Shown here one piece after another: positions 24,704 through 37,364 of a DNA stretch of 64,000 nucleotides. The DNA is from Squalus acanthias. Its lineage: Eukaryota. Position 1 is the first letter of the stretch; the number at the start of each line of letters is the position of its first letter. The notes under the pieces were generated by a model. It saw nothing but the letters and a program-made list of their open reading frames with translations. It was not told where the DNA came from and made no database searches. The stretch is taken from the NCBI GenBank assembly GCA_030390025.1, contig CM059432.1, forward strand, positions 137,208,001-137,272,000, written 5' to 3'. The translations under genes were made by a program, and so were the position numbers.

Positions 24704-25475
24704 GGGGGAAAAATTCAGTTGGTTTGCGCCTCCCGTTAGCGCCTTAAGAGGGCGCTAATGGGGCGCAAAGCAACTAGCGCCCGGGTGTGGCGCCGCCCAC
24801 GCCTCCCGCGAAATTCAGCGGGAGGTTAGCGGCGGCGCTAACCGGTAGCGCCCTGTGGCGCTGCGCCGCCGGCGATGACGTCATCGCCGTGCGCAGCGCC
24901 CCGCTCGCGCTCCAGCCGCAATCTTCGGTAGCGCCCCTTGACTTACCACCGGACGCTATGTCCGACGGGGTCAGGGGGGCCTACCTGCGGCCGGGGCGGC
25001 GGTAGTTAAAGGGGAGGTGGCGGGCGGCTATTTTTGTTGCTGGCCGCCTGCCAGCACCTGCCCCCGTTGCTGTCCTCGGCCCCCATGAAGCCCCCCCCGT
25101 GAAGTGCCGGCTGCGCTCCAAGAGCCCGGCACTTCTCTTGAGTGCCGGGCTCTTTTGCCGGCACTCCCGATCCCCGGAGGCCCAGCTGGGCCCCGGTTCG
25201 CGCTGAACAAGGCCACTCCCCTTTAAGAAGGGGAGGAAGGCCTGCTATACCGCGATGCAACGTGCCGCTGCACCTGGCACTGCAGCACATAGCGCCACGA
25301 TATTGACTCGCAGCGCCCCAAGAGGGATGCGGGGCGCTTCCAGTAGCGCCCCGCTTCCCTCTTGGGGCGCAACCACTCAATATCCGGCGCGGGGGCGCTA
25401 ATTTTTATGGGGCGCTAAAAGTAGCGTCCCGACGAAGTTAGCGCCCCAAAGGGGGCGCGACTCAATTTATCCCCC
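24704..25475. mobile_element. GC-rich Harbinger-type MITE, family C
   Basis: TIRs GGGGGAAAAATT / AATTTATCCCCC; flanks ATA/ATG; many TAGCGCC/GGCGCTA subterminal motifs; homologous to 52352-53063 and 58013-58604. Confidence 0.85.
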
Positions 25476-25804
25476 ATGGAGTCATAACGGCACAGAAGAA
25501 GGCCATTTGGCCCATCGAGTCTGTGCCGGCTCTCTGTGGAGCAATCCAGTCAGTCCCATTCCTCCGCTCTATCCCCACAGCCCTGCAAGTTTATTTCCCT
25601 CAAGTGCCTATCCAGTCTCCCCTGAATGGATATATTGATAAGGTTAGATGGATATTGGCACGGTGGTGGGGGGGGATGTCTTCTGACCTTAGAAACTAGG
25701 GCGTTAATCTCCCCATTTGCTTTTTATTTTAACAGCAACAATAACAACAATTTGCTTTTACATAGCGCCTTTAACGTAGTAAAATGTCCCAAGACGCTTC
25801 ATAG

Positions 25805-25988
25805 TCATCTAACCTTATCAATATAATCATTACCTGGTCATTTATCTCATTGCTGTTTGTGGAGCTTGCTGTTGGCACATTGGCTACATTTCCCTATATT
25901 ACAACAATGACTACATTTCAAAAGTACTTAGTTGGCTCTGAAGCATTTTGGGATGTCCTGAGGTTGTCAAAGGCACTGCATTCTTCTT
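25805..25988 (+). mobile_element. DeuSINE 3' fragment
   Basis: Matches 35640-35810 (ATCTCATTGCTGTTTGTGG..CAAAAGTACTT). Confidence 0.7.
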
Positions 25989-26794
25989 TTCTCTATTTCA
26001 ACATCATAACACCTTGGCATTGAAATAACTCCAGCTCAGGAGATGAGTACAGTGTGCTCATAACAACTCGCGGAAAACGGTACACGTTTCTACTCCCAGG
26101 CAATTAACAAGGCCTCAACTGTGCTTCATAATCTGCAAGCAAATTTCTACACGGCGCTTTCTTGAATATTTTAAAGGCCAGAGGCACTAAGTGTAGCCAT
26201 GAAACCTACTAAACCTTTGCCTTTATGTTCCCTCCCAGTTCCCTGCCAATTCGAACATCCGTCTCCACCGTAATTGCCATTAAAAAGTAACAGAAAGCAC
26301 TCCCCAGGGTTGGCTACTGCTAATTCATACTGGGCGTTGTCAATTCGTTGAAAGAGTTAAGGGTTCCTACCGAAGCAGAAAATCAGCAAATAAATGAACG
26401 TGTGTGATGGATGAGGTTAGGTCCAGTAATTGCTCCACATCACTTTTTTTGAGTGCTCAACACTTGTCCGCTAAATAGGTGCATAATTAATGTACATTTG
26501 AAACCGCTAAGATAACTGCTTGGACATAATGCTGCCACATACATTCTGCTGCATCTGAAATTGCTGTTGTGTTATAAAACTGTTTAAATTCATTAACATT
26601 GACAGGATGCCTTCACAGAGAAGTTTTTTTGGATTTGTCATCCTTTTACAGGCTAGCGCTATGGATTAAACTGTACTATGTGGCGTGCTGAAAGAGACTG
26701 TGACAAGTATTACATAGAAGGAAATTATACTTTTTCCTCAGCACACTCTCGTGCATTCCCTCGCAGCAGGTTTAGAGACCATTTTCAGATGCTA

Positions 26795-28520
26795 TTTTTT
26801 TTTAAATTCATTTCGGGATGTGGGCGTCGCTGGCAAGGCCAGCATTTATTGCCCATCCCTAGTTTCCCTTGAGAAGGTGGTGGTGAGCTGCCTTCTTGAA
26901 CCGCTGCAGTCCGTGTGGTGAAGGTACTCCCATAGTGCTGTTAGGGAGGGAGTTCCAGGATTTTGGCTCAGTGACGATGAAGGATCGGCGATATATTTCC
27001 AAGTCAGGATGGTGTGTGACTTGGAGGTGATGGTGTTCCCATGCACTTGCTGCCCATATTCTTCTAGGTAGTAGAGGTCGCAGGGTTGGGAGGTACTATC
27101 AAAGAAGCCTTGGTGAGTTGCTGCAGTGCAGCTTGTAGATGGTACGCACTGCAGCCATGGTGCACTGGTGGTGGAGGGAGTGGATGTTTGAGGTGGGAGA
27201 TGGGCTGCCGATCAAGCGGGCTGCTTTTTCCTGGATGGTGTCGAGCTTCTTGAATGCTGTTGCAGCTGCACTCATCCAGGCAAGTGGAGACTATTCCATC
27301 ACACGCCTGACTAGTGCCTTGCAGGTGGTGGAGTGGCCTTGGGGAGTCAGGGGGTAAACCACTCACCACAGAATACCCAGCCTCTGACCTGCTCTAGTAG
27401 CCACAGCATTCATGTGGCTGGTCCAGTTGATTTACTGGTCAATGGTGACCCCCAGGATGTTGGTGATGGCAATGCCATTGAATGTAAAGGGGAGGTGGTT
27501 GGACTCTCTCTTGTTGGAGATGATCATTCCCTGGTACTTGTGTGGCACTTATCAGCCCAAGTTTGGATGTTGTCCAGGTCTTGCTGCATGCGCGCATGGA
27601 CTGCTTCATTGGCCCAAAAATTCGGCCGAGAACGGGTGAGTACGCACTGTGTACTCACCCGTATTCGTTCCGGAAGTGCCGGTTTCCTGCATGCACTGCG
27701 CATGCGCGGGAAACTGGCACTTCCGGTATGGCGAAGGGGGCGGTTCCTAGGTGAACCGCGTGCACACTAGAGGCTGCGCGCACGCAGCACACTTAGGTTT
27801 TTTTTCAGGTTTCAACGCGAGGGTAAGTATGAAAGATTCTACACAAGTAAAAAGGAGGCGTAAGACCCCTTTTGAACAAGGTAAGTAGTTAATTAGGTAT
27901 AATTTTTAATTTTTTTCAACAGGTTTATCTTTTTTAGAGACTTTAAAGAAAGGTAAGTTTAAAATATTTTCAAAAATTTAAATTTTTGTTTAAAGTGGTT
28001 AATTTATTTAACTATAGTTATTTTATTAATGTGATGGTTTTTTTGTTAAATTTATTTGAGGTTTAGCTGTTCTTTTGGGGCCTCTTTCAATTCACAGATT
28101 TGACAGGTCTCCTGTCAAATCTATGAATGAAAGATGGTCTGCTGCCATTGGCTCTCCATGGCCCACGTGATCCCAGGGGTCGCATCGCACTAACTGCGCC
28201 CCTGGGACATGCACACACTGCGCGCCGGCACTAGGGAGAGGCCCAGGACCCTGAAGTTCCTGCGGGGGCAAACAAGGACGGCAGACGCGGTATGTGATAT
28301 CGCGCGCGATCCTTACCCCCGCGGCAAGCCTCTGAGTCAAATTTCTGGGCCATTATCTGAGGAATTGCGAATGGAGCTGAACACTGTGCAATCGTCAGCG
28401 AACAGCCCCACTTCTGACCTCATGATGGCGGGAAGGTCATTGATGAAACTGCTGAAGATGGTTGGGCCTCGGACACTGCCCTGAGGAATTCCTGCAGCGA
28501 TGTCCTGGGTTTGAGATTAT
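26795..28520 (-). mobile_element. Family B LINE 3' part, interrupted by a family A MITE
   Basis: Homologous to 16240-16809 and extends further into the RT region; GGACTGCTTCATT|ATCTGAGG is restored by removing the MITE. Confidence 0.85.
27611..28351. mobile_element. Harbinger-type MITE, family A
   Basis: TIRs GGCCCAAAAATT / AATTTCTGGGCC; perfect TSD ATT. Confidence 0.9.
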
Positions 28521-29319
28521 TAGCCCAGGAACACATTCTCTACCTGCCCTTTTGTCTGTGGTTGCTGTGCAGCTTGGAAAGACCAGCAAATAGACGAATG
28601 GGGAAAAGATTACTTGCAAATTACTTACAAGGCAGGCTACCTTCTACATCATCCTGACATTAAGCAAGAGAGAACCCAATGGATAAAAATACAGGGAATG
28701 TGCCAATAGACACCAGGAAGTATAAATGGAGGATTCGGGATCATCGCATAATCATCTTTCCTCGGTATTTGTTCATTCATTTATTTGTAATGGTAAATAT
28801 TTTTCCAGCATTGTGGAAGGAAGGCATGTATGAGGAGCGGATGAAAATAGCTTAGCTAACAAGTAATAAGAAGTAAATAAGGATTTGTTTTAAAAATGTG
28901 AGGTATGATGATAAGGGCCATCTGTATTCGCACTTATCACAATTGAGCACAAACACATGGAAGTCAGGCACTGGGTGGGAATTGTGCTGGTCTAGCACCA
29001 ATTATCCAATTCTATTTACAACATTGCTTCACTGTGGGTGCCATTCGGAAACAGTTTTAGACCACATTACAAAATCAGACAGTAACTGCTTTACCTAGGG
29101 AAAAATCTAGCCAAGTAACTTTAGAAACTGGAAATATTGGAACAGGAAAAAATGATCAAGAGCAATCCTATTATTTATACGCAGCCCACATAATAAATTT
29201 GGCATTAAATCTGAATGCAAATAAGCACGCCAGTTCACGGTGCACAGTTTGGAGTTGAAAATACTACAAAGATTTTTTTGCGGTTAAGTTTATATTTTAA
29301 AAAAGCCTTGCTTAAAATA

Positions 29320-29968
29320 TTTTCAATATTCATTCTTGGGATGTGGGTGTCACTGGCACGGCCAGCATTTATTGCCCATCCCATCCCTAGTTGCCCTTGA
29401 GAAGGTGGGGGTGGGCCTTCTGCTTGAACCGCTGCAGTCTGTGTGGTAAAGGAACTCCCACAATGCTGTTAGGTAGGGAGTTCCAGGATTTTGACCCAGC
29501 AGCTATTAAGGAACGGCTGATATATGCCCAAATCAGGATGGTGTATAACTTGGAGGGGAGGTGATGGTGTTCCCATGCACCTGCTACCTTTGTCCTTCTA
29601 GATGGTGGAGGTCACGGGTTTGGGAGGTGCTGTTGAAGAAGCCTTGGTGAATTGCTACAGTGCACCCTGTAGATAATGCACACTGCTACCACGGTATGGT
29701 GTAGGAGGGAGTCGATGTTTAAGGTGGTGGATGGACTTCCGATCAAGTGGATGGCTTTGGTCTGGATGGTGTTGAGCTTTTGAGTGTTGTTGCAGCAGCA
29801 CTCATCCAGACAAGTGGAGAGTATTCCCTCACATTCCTGACTTGTGCCTTGTAGATGGTGGAAAGGCTTTGGGGAGTCAGAAGGTGAGTCACTCGCCACA
29901 GGATTCACAGCCTCTGACCTACTCTAGTAGCAAAGGCATTTATATGGCTGGTCCAGTGAGTTTCTGGT
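29320..29968 (-). mobile_element. Family B LINE 3' fragment
   Basis: Homologous to 16240-16809. Confidence 0.85.
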
Positions 29969-30740
29969 GCAATCCATGTGCTGGGAGTTCTCATGTGCCC
30001 AGCTTAATTGGAACGCAGGCATCATCATCAGCAACAGTCTGCCTGCTGAGACAAGGTATACAAGACCACTGATTGATATTTGTGGAGCCCGCCTGGGGGG
30101 GTGTCAAGGCTTGGCACCCTAAAGAGGTAACAGTTTGTTTTTACATTTACAAAGGGGGCTAAGGGGTACCAAGTTACACCTTTCTGACCCTCTAAATCCT
30201 CTCCTGGTGGTGCAGATGTCTTGCATTAACATGTTAATTAAGTGACCACCCCCTGACCCTGTGAACGTGGGTGTAGCAGAGGTCCCTCATGGGCACTTCC
30301 CACCGTGCGTGTTATCCAATGGAAATACATGACATTTTTTCTTGATTCCAGGAAGTCTGTTTATTAATTTTCTTCTTGATTCCAGGAATTGACTGTGTTC
30401 TGTCTAATCGTGATGTACCGGATAATCTTAACAGAACAATTGCATCAGGAAGGTAGGCATGCAGCACAATAAGAGTAAATTGTGGTAAATCTTGCTCACA
30501 AAAGGACAAAAAATACTTAGAACCCTTTGACATTTATAAGTTTGAAAAGATGTTAGAATGTGAATATAGCAATGTGGATCGTTGAGTGAAAGTGAAACAT
30601 AATGTGACTGGAGTAGATTTGCAATCAGAAAAACTGGGACACAACTGCAACTTGTTACTGAGGACTTCAGCCTGTTCATAGACAGCAGAGCACATTTGCA
30701 ACTTCTTAAGTAACACTACCTTTAGAGCGGTACATATGCC

Positions 30741-31208
30741 AATCATGGAGACCCTTCATTAGCCATTTACCCATCATGGAGACCCTTCATTAGCCATTTG
30801 CCCATCATGGGGACACTTTATTAGCTATCTGCCCACCCTGGAAAACCCTTCATTAGCTATCTGCCCATCATGGGAACCCTTCATTAACTATCTGCCCATC
30901 ATGGAGAATCTTCACTAGCTATCTGCCCACCATGGAGAACCTTCATTAGCTAACTGCCCATCATGGGGATACTTCATTAGCTATCTGCCCATCGTGGAGA
31001 ACCTTCATTAACTATCTGCCCACCATGGGAACCTTCATTAGCTATCTGTCCATCATGGAGACCCTTCATTAGCTATCTGTCCATCATGGAGACCCTTCAT
31101 TAGCTATCTGTCCATCATGGAGACCCTTCATTAGCTATCTGTCCATCATGGAGACCCTTCATTAGCTATCTGCCCACTACGGAGAACCTCCATTAGCTAT
31201 CTGCCCAC
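30741..31208. repeat. 31-bp minisatellite, about 15 copies
   Basis: Unit ATCATGGAGACCCTTCATTAGCTATCTGYCC repeated head to tail with no spacers. Confidence 0.95.
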
Positions 31209-31949
31209 ATCTGAGAGCCACTCTGCTGATGGGGCTTATCACGGAGTGGCTCCAAAAGGAATCTCATAAATAACTAATCAGAAGCATCGAAACCAACGAA
31301 ACTCAGTACCAGTATAGTACCACTAAGTTAACTCTTATCATTGGCCATGATGTTGACCACTTCATCTCTGTTTATAAAGACAGTAATCGCTCTTAATTAA
31401 AAAATCTTGGCTATGCTAGAGCAGATTGGGAAATTGGTCTCACTTGATAAATTCAGTAACTTGAACTGCTCCTTCACCTGGAGTGGAATAATAACTAGAA
31501 GTAGATTTGCAGGTAAGACCGGAACAATATAAAACTCAGATGAATCCAGATTTGGACATCCAAAAGTCAGTCCAGAGTTGGAAAAGGAACAATTGGCGGT
31601 GCACATAAGATAAACCTGTATAGGCAGGCCAAGGAAAAAGATAGACTCCCCTTGACTGCTGGGGGACTCAGATTCATTCTACTGAATTACCAGTATTTCC
31701 CCCCAAACTAAAATGGAACTCAAACATTGAGATGTAGAGGAAAAGTGATCTAAAAGCTGACACGTAACTGCTGCCAGTAACTCCCCCTGCAGCTGCTAGT
31801 ATAAAGATTAAATATTTGGATATGCAAAAAACTTTTTCAATGATTGTGAAAATATTGCACAAATGCAGAAAGTGTCCCTCTACACATCTGCAATGTTTTA
31901 TAAAGGAACGAGTCACTCTTTGTTTTCAGAATTTGGACGATGATGACTT

Positions 31950-32698
31950 GGCCACATTCATTGCCCATCCCTATTTGCCCTGAGATGTTGGTGGTGGGCC
32001 TTCTCTTTGAACCATTGCAGTCCTTGTGATGGCGGTGCTCCCACAATAGTGTCACATAGGGAATTCTAGGATATTGACAATAAAGGAACAACAATATATA
32101 TCCAAGACAAAATGGTGTGTGGCTTGGAGAGGAAATGGGAGATGATGGTGTCGCCACAACATTGCTACTCTTAACATTCAAGGTGATAGAGGTTTTTTTT
32201 AAAAAAAAAAAATAATTCTTGGGATGCGGGCCTCGCTAGCAAGGCCAGAATTTATTGCCCACCCCTAGTTGCCCTTGAGAAGGTCGTGGTGAGCCGTCTT
32301 CTTGAACCACTGCAGTCTGTGTGGTGAAGTTTCTCCCACAGTGCTATTAGGGAGGGAGTTCCCAGATGTTGACCTAGTAACGATGAAGGAATGGCGATAC
32401 AGGTCCAAATTAGGATGGTGTGTAACTTGGAGGGGAACTTGGAGGTGATGCTGTTCCCATGAGCCTGCTTCCCTTGTCCGTCTAGGTGGTAGATGTTGCA
32501 GGTTTGGGAGGTGCTGCTGAAAAGGTTATAAGGGAATGAGAGCTGTCAAAGTGGCCTTGATGAGTTGCTGCATTGCATCCTGTAGATCATGTGTACTGTA
32601 GCCACAGTGCGTTGGGGATGGAGGTGGTGGATATTGAGTCCAGTGGCATGGGTGCTAATCAAGTGAACTGCTCTATCCTGGATGGTGTTGAGCTTCTT
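31950..32698 (-). mobile_element. Two family B LINE 3' fragments, a younger copy (about 32196-32520) within or next to an older one
   Basis: Two ATTGCCCA.CCCTA.TTGCCC 3' ends, at about 31960 and 32255. Confidence 0.75.
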
Positions 32699-33915
32699 TG
32701 TTTGGCCTAATGCATACTTAGAAATTCCATTTGAAAATACCAGCTTACATTGGCTTGACAAAATCTTCACACAGTGTGTTAATGTGGAGCCAGTTTTCAT
32801 TTGCCTGGTGCAAATGATAAAACACTGAGAACTATCAACACGAGCTTATGACAAGCTCATTATAAATGATGCCAGTATGTTGCCCATTGTGGCACAGAAG
32901 GTCTCCAGAAGAGTCCCTCAATCAGATTCCTAATCATCTAGGTTGTTGTAAACACTAATCACAAGCAGCTAGATGACAAGATGATAGAATAAATGTGTCA
33001 GACCTCTTTAGATGCTTTGAGTCCAAGCGCAATAAATGTGATTTTGTTTTAATCAAAAGTGTTGTGGTCTCAGCACTGTTGAAGATAATAATCTGCTCAA
33101 CATATGGGTTGTCAGATTCGGTCCTGTGTCAAATTTAATGGAAATGTCTGCTCAGGCTCTTTGTAATTTGTTGCCAGTCAGAATATCGGGCTCTGAATTG
33201 AAGCCTAACAGCTAAACTATTACATTATTACAACCAGCATAATAAAAGTATCAACCTAAAACTTATTGTTGCCGTATCTACAGATGGACAGTTTGCATGC
33301 TCATCTGACATTCCTATTTTAACAAAGACATTAACCGATTTAAAATCAGCTGCATTAAAATAACAGACAGAGGAATGTCTTAAGAACACCAAATGGTCGA
33401 CTCCTAATACCACTATCAGAAATGCCTGGGCTTCAAATTAAATCAGCAATTGCATGACTACATTTTCAAACTGTTATTTTAACATTTACCCTCACAGAAG
33501 GGCTATCATCTCATTATTTTCTTAGTGCAGTGGAGCTATACATTCCATTATTTTGTGCCAATAAAGTCAACAAGCTGATAGCGCAAGAATTAAAATTTCT
33601 TCCTGTTTCAGACATAACGGGTAAAGCACAAATTTCATCATGCTACTGCACTATGCTGGTGACGTGGTCCATAATATTTCAACAGACTACCAGAGACGAC
33701 TATGGTATAGACATGAGAAATCTTGATGACCTTCTGCTTAAGAAAACACAGAATCCGCAACTTACACATTTAAGCAAAACAAATAGAGACCGAGTGAGCA
33801 ACTAGTCGCAGATCATACAAAAGCAAAATACTGCGGATGCTGGAAATCTGAAATAAAAACAGAAAATGCTGGAAATACTCAGCAGGTCAGGCAGCATCTG
33901 TGGAGAGAGAAACAG

Positions 33916-33952
33916 ACTTAACGTTTCAGGTCAATGACCTTTCGTCAGAACT
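33916..33952 (-). ncRNA. Minimal type I hammerhead ribozyme motif, variant
   Basis: Minus strand AGTT-CTGACGA-AAGGTC ATT GACCT-GAAA-CGTT-AAGT; one helix I mismatch. Confidence 0.6.
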
Positions 33953-33958
33953 GGGCGA

Positions 33959-33995
33959 AGTTCTGACGAAGGGTCATCGACCTGAAACATTAACT
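33959..33995 (+). ncRNA. Minimal type I hammerhead ribozyme motif, variant
   Basis: AGTT-CTGACGA-AGGGTC ATC GACCT-GAAA-CATT-AACT; helix III G>A change relative to the copy at 37431. Confidence 0.6.
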
Positions 33996-34089
33996 CTGTT
34001 TCTCTCTCCACAGATGCTGCCTAGTCGCAGATCATATACAGCTTCAACAATTAGTGGCTACCGTTAAATTCACAGGTATAGATAAGGAG

Positions 34090-34520
34090 ATAGTATTGCA
34101 TTATGAGGACAGGTTGCATAGACTAGGCTTGTATTCCCTCAAGTATAGAAGATTAAGGGGTGATCTAATTCAGGTACTTAAGATGATTAGGTAGATGGAG
34201 AGAAACTATTTCCTCTGGTGGGGGAGTCCAGAACCAGGGGGCATAACCTTGAAATTAGAGCTGGGCCGTTCAGGGGTGATGTCAAGAAGCACTTCTTCAC
34301 ACAAAGGGGAGTGGAAATCTGGAATTCACTCCCTCAAAAAGCTGTTGAGGCTGGGGGTCAATTGAAAATGTCAAAACTGAGATTGATAGATTTTTGTTAG
34401 GCAAGGATATTAAGGGTTATGGAACTAAGGCTGGGTAGATGAGTTAAGATACAGATCAGCCATGATCTAATTGAATGGCGGAACAGGCTCGAGGGGCTGA
34501 ATGGCCTGCTCATGTTCCTA
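34090..34520 (+). mobile_element. CR1 3' fragment
   Basis: ESRTRGHNLEIR..KKHFFTQRGVEIWNSLPQKAVEA; CR1 3' UTR. Confidence 0.88.
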
Positions 34521-35349
34521 ACATCAAAATCCAGCCTAAGATACATTCCCCCCCTCACCGCCTAATTCAATGACTTGCTGGATTTAGGTTAAACATTTGA
34601 CCATTCAGAATTCAAGGCATTGGTCACGGAACAAAGTATCGGGTCAGTGATAGTGTCCACCTGTAAACAGCATACACCAAACAAACTGAGAACCAGGAAA
34701 TTCCCAAGCAGGAATAAAATAGCAACTACTGTGAAATAAATGTTACAATTGTCAGGTCAGTGATCTGTATAGTGCAGGAGAACAACCCTGTTTAACTGCA
34801 CTGTGTGGCAAGCAAAACCACTGCATAAAATATTTCCAATTTTAAGTCAACAGATGGAACTTTAGAATGGAACAGAGCTCAAACCACCAAGGGATGAGAC
34901 GCATAGCGGCATGGAGGTACAGTAAGAGGATGATTCTGATCAGTTAGGCTATTTTGCAACACAAACAATCAATGCATTTATGTTGGATGTCAGGTAACCT
35001 ATCTCAAAAACTCAGGAGTGGGACTTGAACACACAACCTTCTGACTCAGGGGCGAGAAGGTTGACCAATTGAGCCAAAGCTGACACCTGGAAATGAAGTC
35101 CTTGGAGCATCCAGTTACCAGTAATGGCTGCAGGAAAATCTTGGAGAGAATGAAATATCCATTGCGAGGTAGGTAACATCAAATGGAGACTTCAATTAGG
35201 AATGGACACTGGAGAACTATGGGCAGCCTGGTCAGCCTTCCACGATTTGCAAGCCTGATGCTGTCAGGGGGAAAGGTCAGAGTCTTAGCATATGCCGTTG
35301 TCCTAACAGAGAGCAGTATCCAGGGACTTGAACTGCCCCCATTCCACTG

Positions 35350-35810
35350 TGTCAGCCGTGCCTCAGTTGGTAGCACTCACACCTCTGAGTCAGAAGGTGT
35401 GGGTTCAAGGTCCCCTCCACAAGACTTGAGTACATAATCTAGGCTGACACTCCAGTGCAGTACGGGAGTGCTGCACTGTGTCAGAGGTGTCATCCTTCAG
35501 ATGAGACATTAATCCAAGATCCTGTCTGCTCTCTCAGGTGGATGTAAAAGATCCCATGACACTATTTGAAGAAGAGCAGGGGAGTGCTCCCTGGTATCCT
35601 GATCAACATTTATTCCTCAACCAACATCACTAAAACAGATTATCTGGTTATTTATCTCATTGCTGTTTGTGGGATAATTTTGTGCACAAATTGGCTGCTG
35701 ATTTTACCTACATTACAACAGTGACTATACTTCAAAAGTACTTCATTGGCTGTGAAGCACTTTGGGAAGTCACAAAAACATGAAAGGTGATATATAAATG
35801 CAAGTTCTTT
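35350..35810 (+). mobile_element. Full-length tRNA-derived DeuSINE (SacSINE1-like)
   Basis: A-box-like TGCCTCAGTTGG, B-box GGTTCAAGG, Deu-domain-like GATCCCATGACACTATTTGAAGAAGAGCAGGGGAGT..CCTCAACCAACATCAC, L2-like tail TATATAAATGCAAGTT. Confidence 0.85.
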
Positions 35811-36095
35811 ATTGAAGAGATTTTCGCTCCCTCTCCTTCCCCATCCTCCCTCATCCATAGTATCTCCTCCTCCTGTTCCCCAGATCACAGTGCTGCTCAA
35901 ATAGTTGGTAACCTCATCCATTGTAGATTGACTTTGCACATGCATGCATTTGGGCCATTGTTGACCATGTGAAGAAAGAAGCACATAGCATGGTGCATTC
36001 CTCAGAGAAGCGCATAGCACAGTGCATTCCTCAGAGCCACGGCCATGCGATGGTCCTTGTGAATTGTAGTGTTTTATATTGGAAACAGACTCCTA

Positions 36096-36950
36096 GGCCG
36101 CGATTTTATTAATGGAGGTGGGTTGAGTGCGGGTCATGTGGTTTCCGGCTTCCAGTCCCGCCCCCAGCTGCATCCACTTCACAGACGTGATTTTGCCTTG
36201 ATTGACCTTGTTACCAGCCAATTAACAGGAAGCAGGTCTGATGACGTCATTTGATGATGCATCATCTGCCGGTTTCCTTAAAGGGACCATGCACAATTTT
36301 ATTTTGACAGTTGATTTCTCAGTGTTTGACAGCATTAAGGTGCTGAAAACACTGACAATCACTGCACAAAGGTGACCTCTTGCACCCAGGCTCTCCAATG
36401 ACTCCCTCCATAGGCTGGAATAGATGGCAGCTGCAGGTGAGGTGACAGAAGCGATCTGTCACTGGTGAGAGAGGTTCTCCCAATAAGGTGACACTGGACA
36501 TGGATTTCAAAACTTGTAAGCTAAAGAAATCTGTAAATGTTTTAAAAATGCAGTAACCAACATTTTATTTGCTCTGAAACTCAGCATGTGCAACATTGGA
36601 TCCTTCACACCATTTCTGTAGCTGTCATCAATCCACAAACATTACAGCAGACTCACAACATGCCACACTTACCTGGCGTGGTGTCCGGACGTCGGGAAAC
36701 CCGAACCAGAAGTGGCAAAATCCAAAAACAGGCTGAAAACTACTGACAAGTCCCTGTTAATAGGCAGATAATTGCCTCTAATCCGCTTCCCGCCACTAGG
36801 TGTCGGGTCCATTCGCAAATCGGGGACCCGACACTTGGGAAAGCTGTTTGACGGCGGGTTGATGGTGGGTTGACCCACCATCAATCAAATCGAATTTAAC
36901 CTCTGACCTGCCTCCAAACCCGCCCTCTGAGCGCCGGCAAAATCACGGCC
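36096..36950. mobile_element. Harbinger-type non-autonomous element
   Basis: TIRs GGCCGCGATTTT / AAAATCACGGCC; perfect TSD CTA; related to 50709-52313 in reverse; retains the start of the Myb gene (TGCACCCAGGCTCTCCAATGACTCCCTCCA). Confidence 0.85.
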
Positions 36951-37009
36951 CTACATACACACGTACATTTTGTTTGTTTTATACTAGGTCTGTTACTTTG
37001 GGCCTCTAA

Positions 37010-37276
37010 TAGGGTTGCCAACCCTCCAGGATTGCCCTGGATTCTACAGGAATTAAAGATTGATCTCCTGGACACTGCTGTGAGCAACACCCAGGAGAAA
37101 AATCATAGGGGCTTTAAAAAAATGGTGTATTTCTTTCATTGAACACTTTCGTTTATTAGTTATAAAAAAATATTGTAGATGGGAAAGAACACTTTTTGAC
37201 CGGGCTGGGTGGTTGGAGGCGGGAGGTCATGCAATGAAAATGCCAAGAATACAGTCAACTAGAGTTGCCAACCCTA
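37010..37276. mobile_element. hAT-like MITE
   Basis: TIRs TAGGGTTGCCA / TGCCAACCCTA; degenerate 8-bp flanks GCCTCTAA / GACTCCGA. Confidence 0.65.
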
Positions 37277-37364
37277 GACTCCGAGTATGGGAAGGTAGCT
37301 GGCTAGGTGAGGATCATGATGTGGAAGTGAGATTGTATCTGCAGCCCAGGATGTTCAGAAGCCT

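Larger units (their letters stand above)
33818..34020. mobile_element. Palindromic Penelope-derived mini-element with two inverted hammerhead motifs
   Basis: 16-bp TSD CTAGTCGCAGATCATA (33802-33817 and 34021-34036); inverted arms about 33890-33952 and 33959-34021. Confidence 0.85.

Noticed and set aside
24704..25475. CpG-island promoter of a host gene
   Set aside because: It is a TIR-bounded MITE with three copies in the window.
30741..31208. CRISPR-like array
   Set aside because: Units abut with no unique spacers, there are no cas genes, and the context is vertebrate.
35350..35425. tRNA gene (also 35016-35087 and 17915-17985)
   Set aside because: These are tRNA-derived SINE heads without a proper cloverleaf; two of the three continue into the SINE body.
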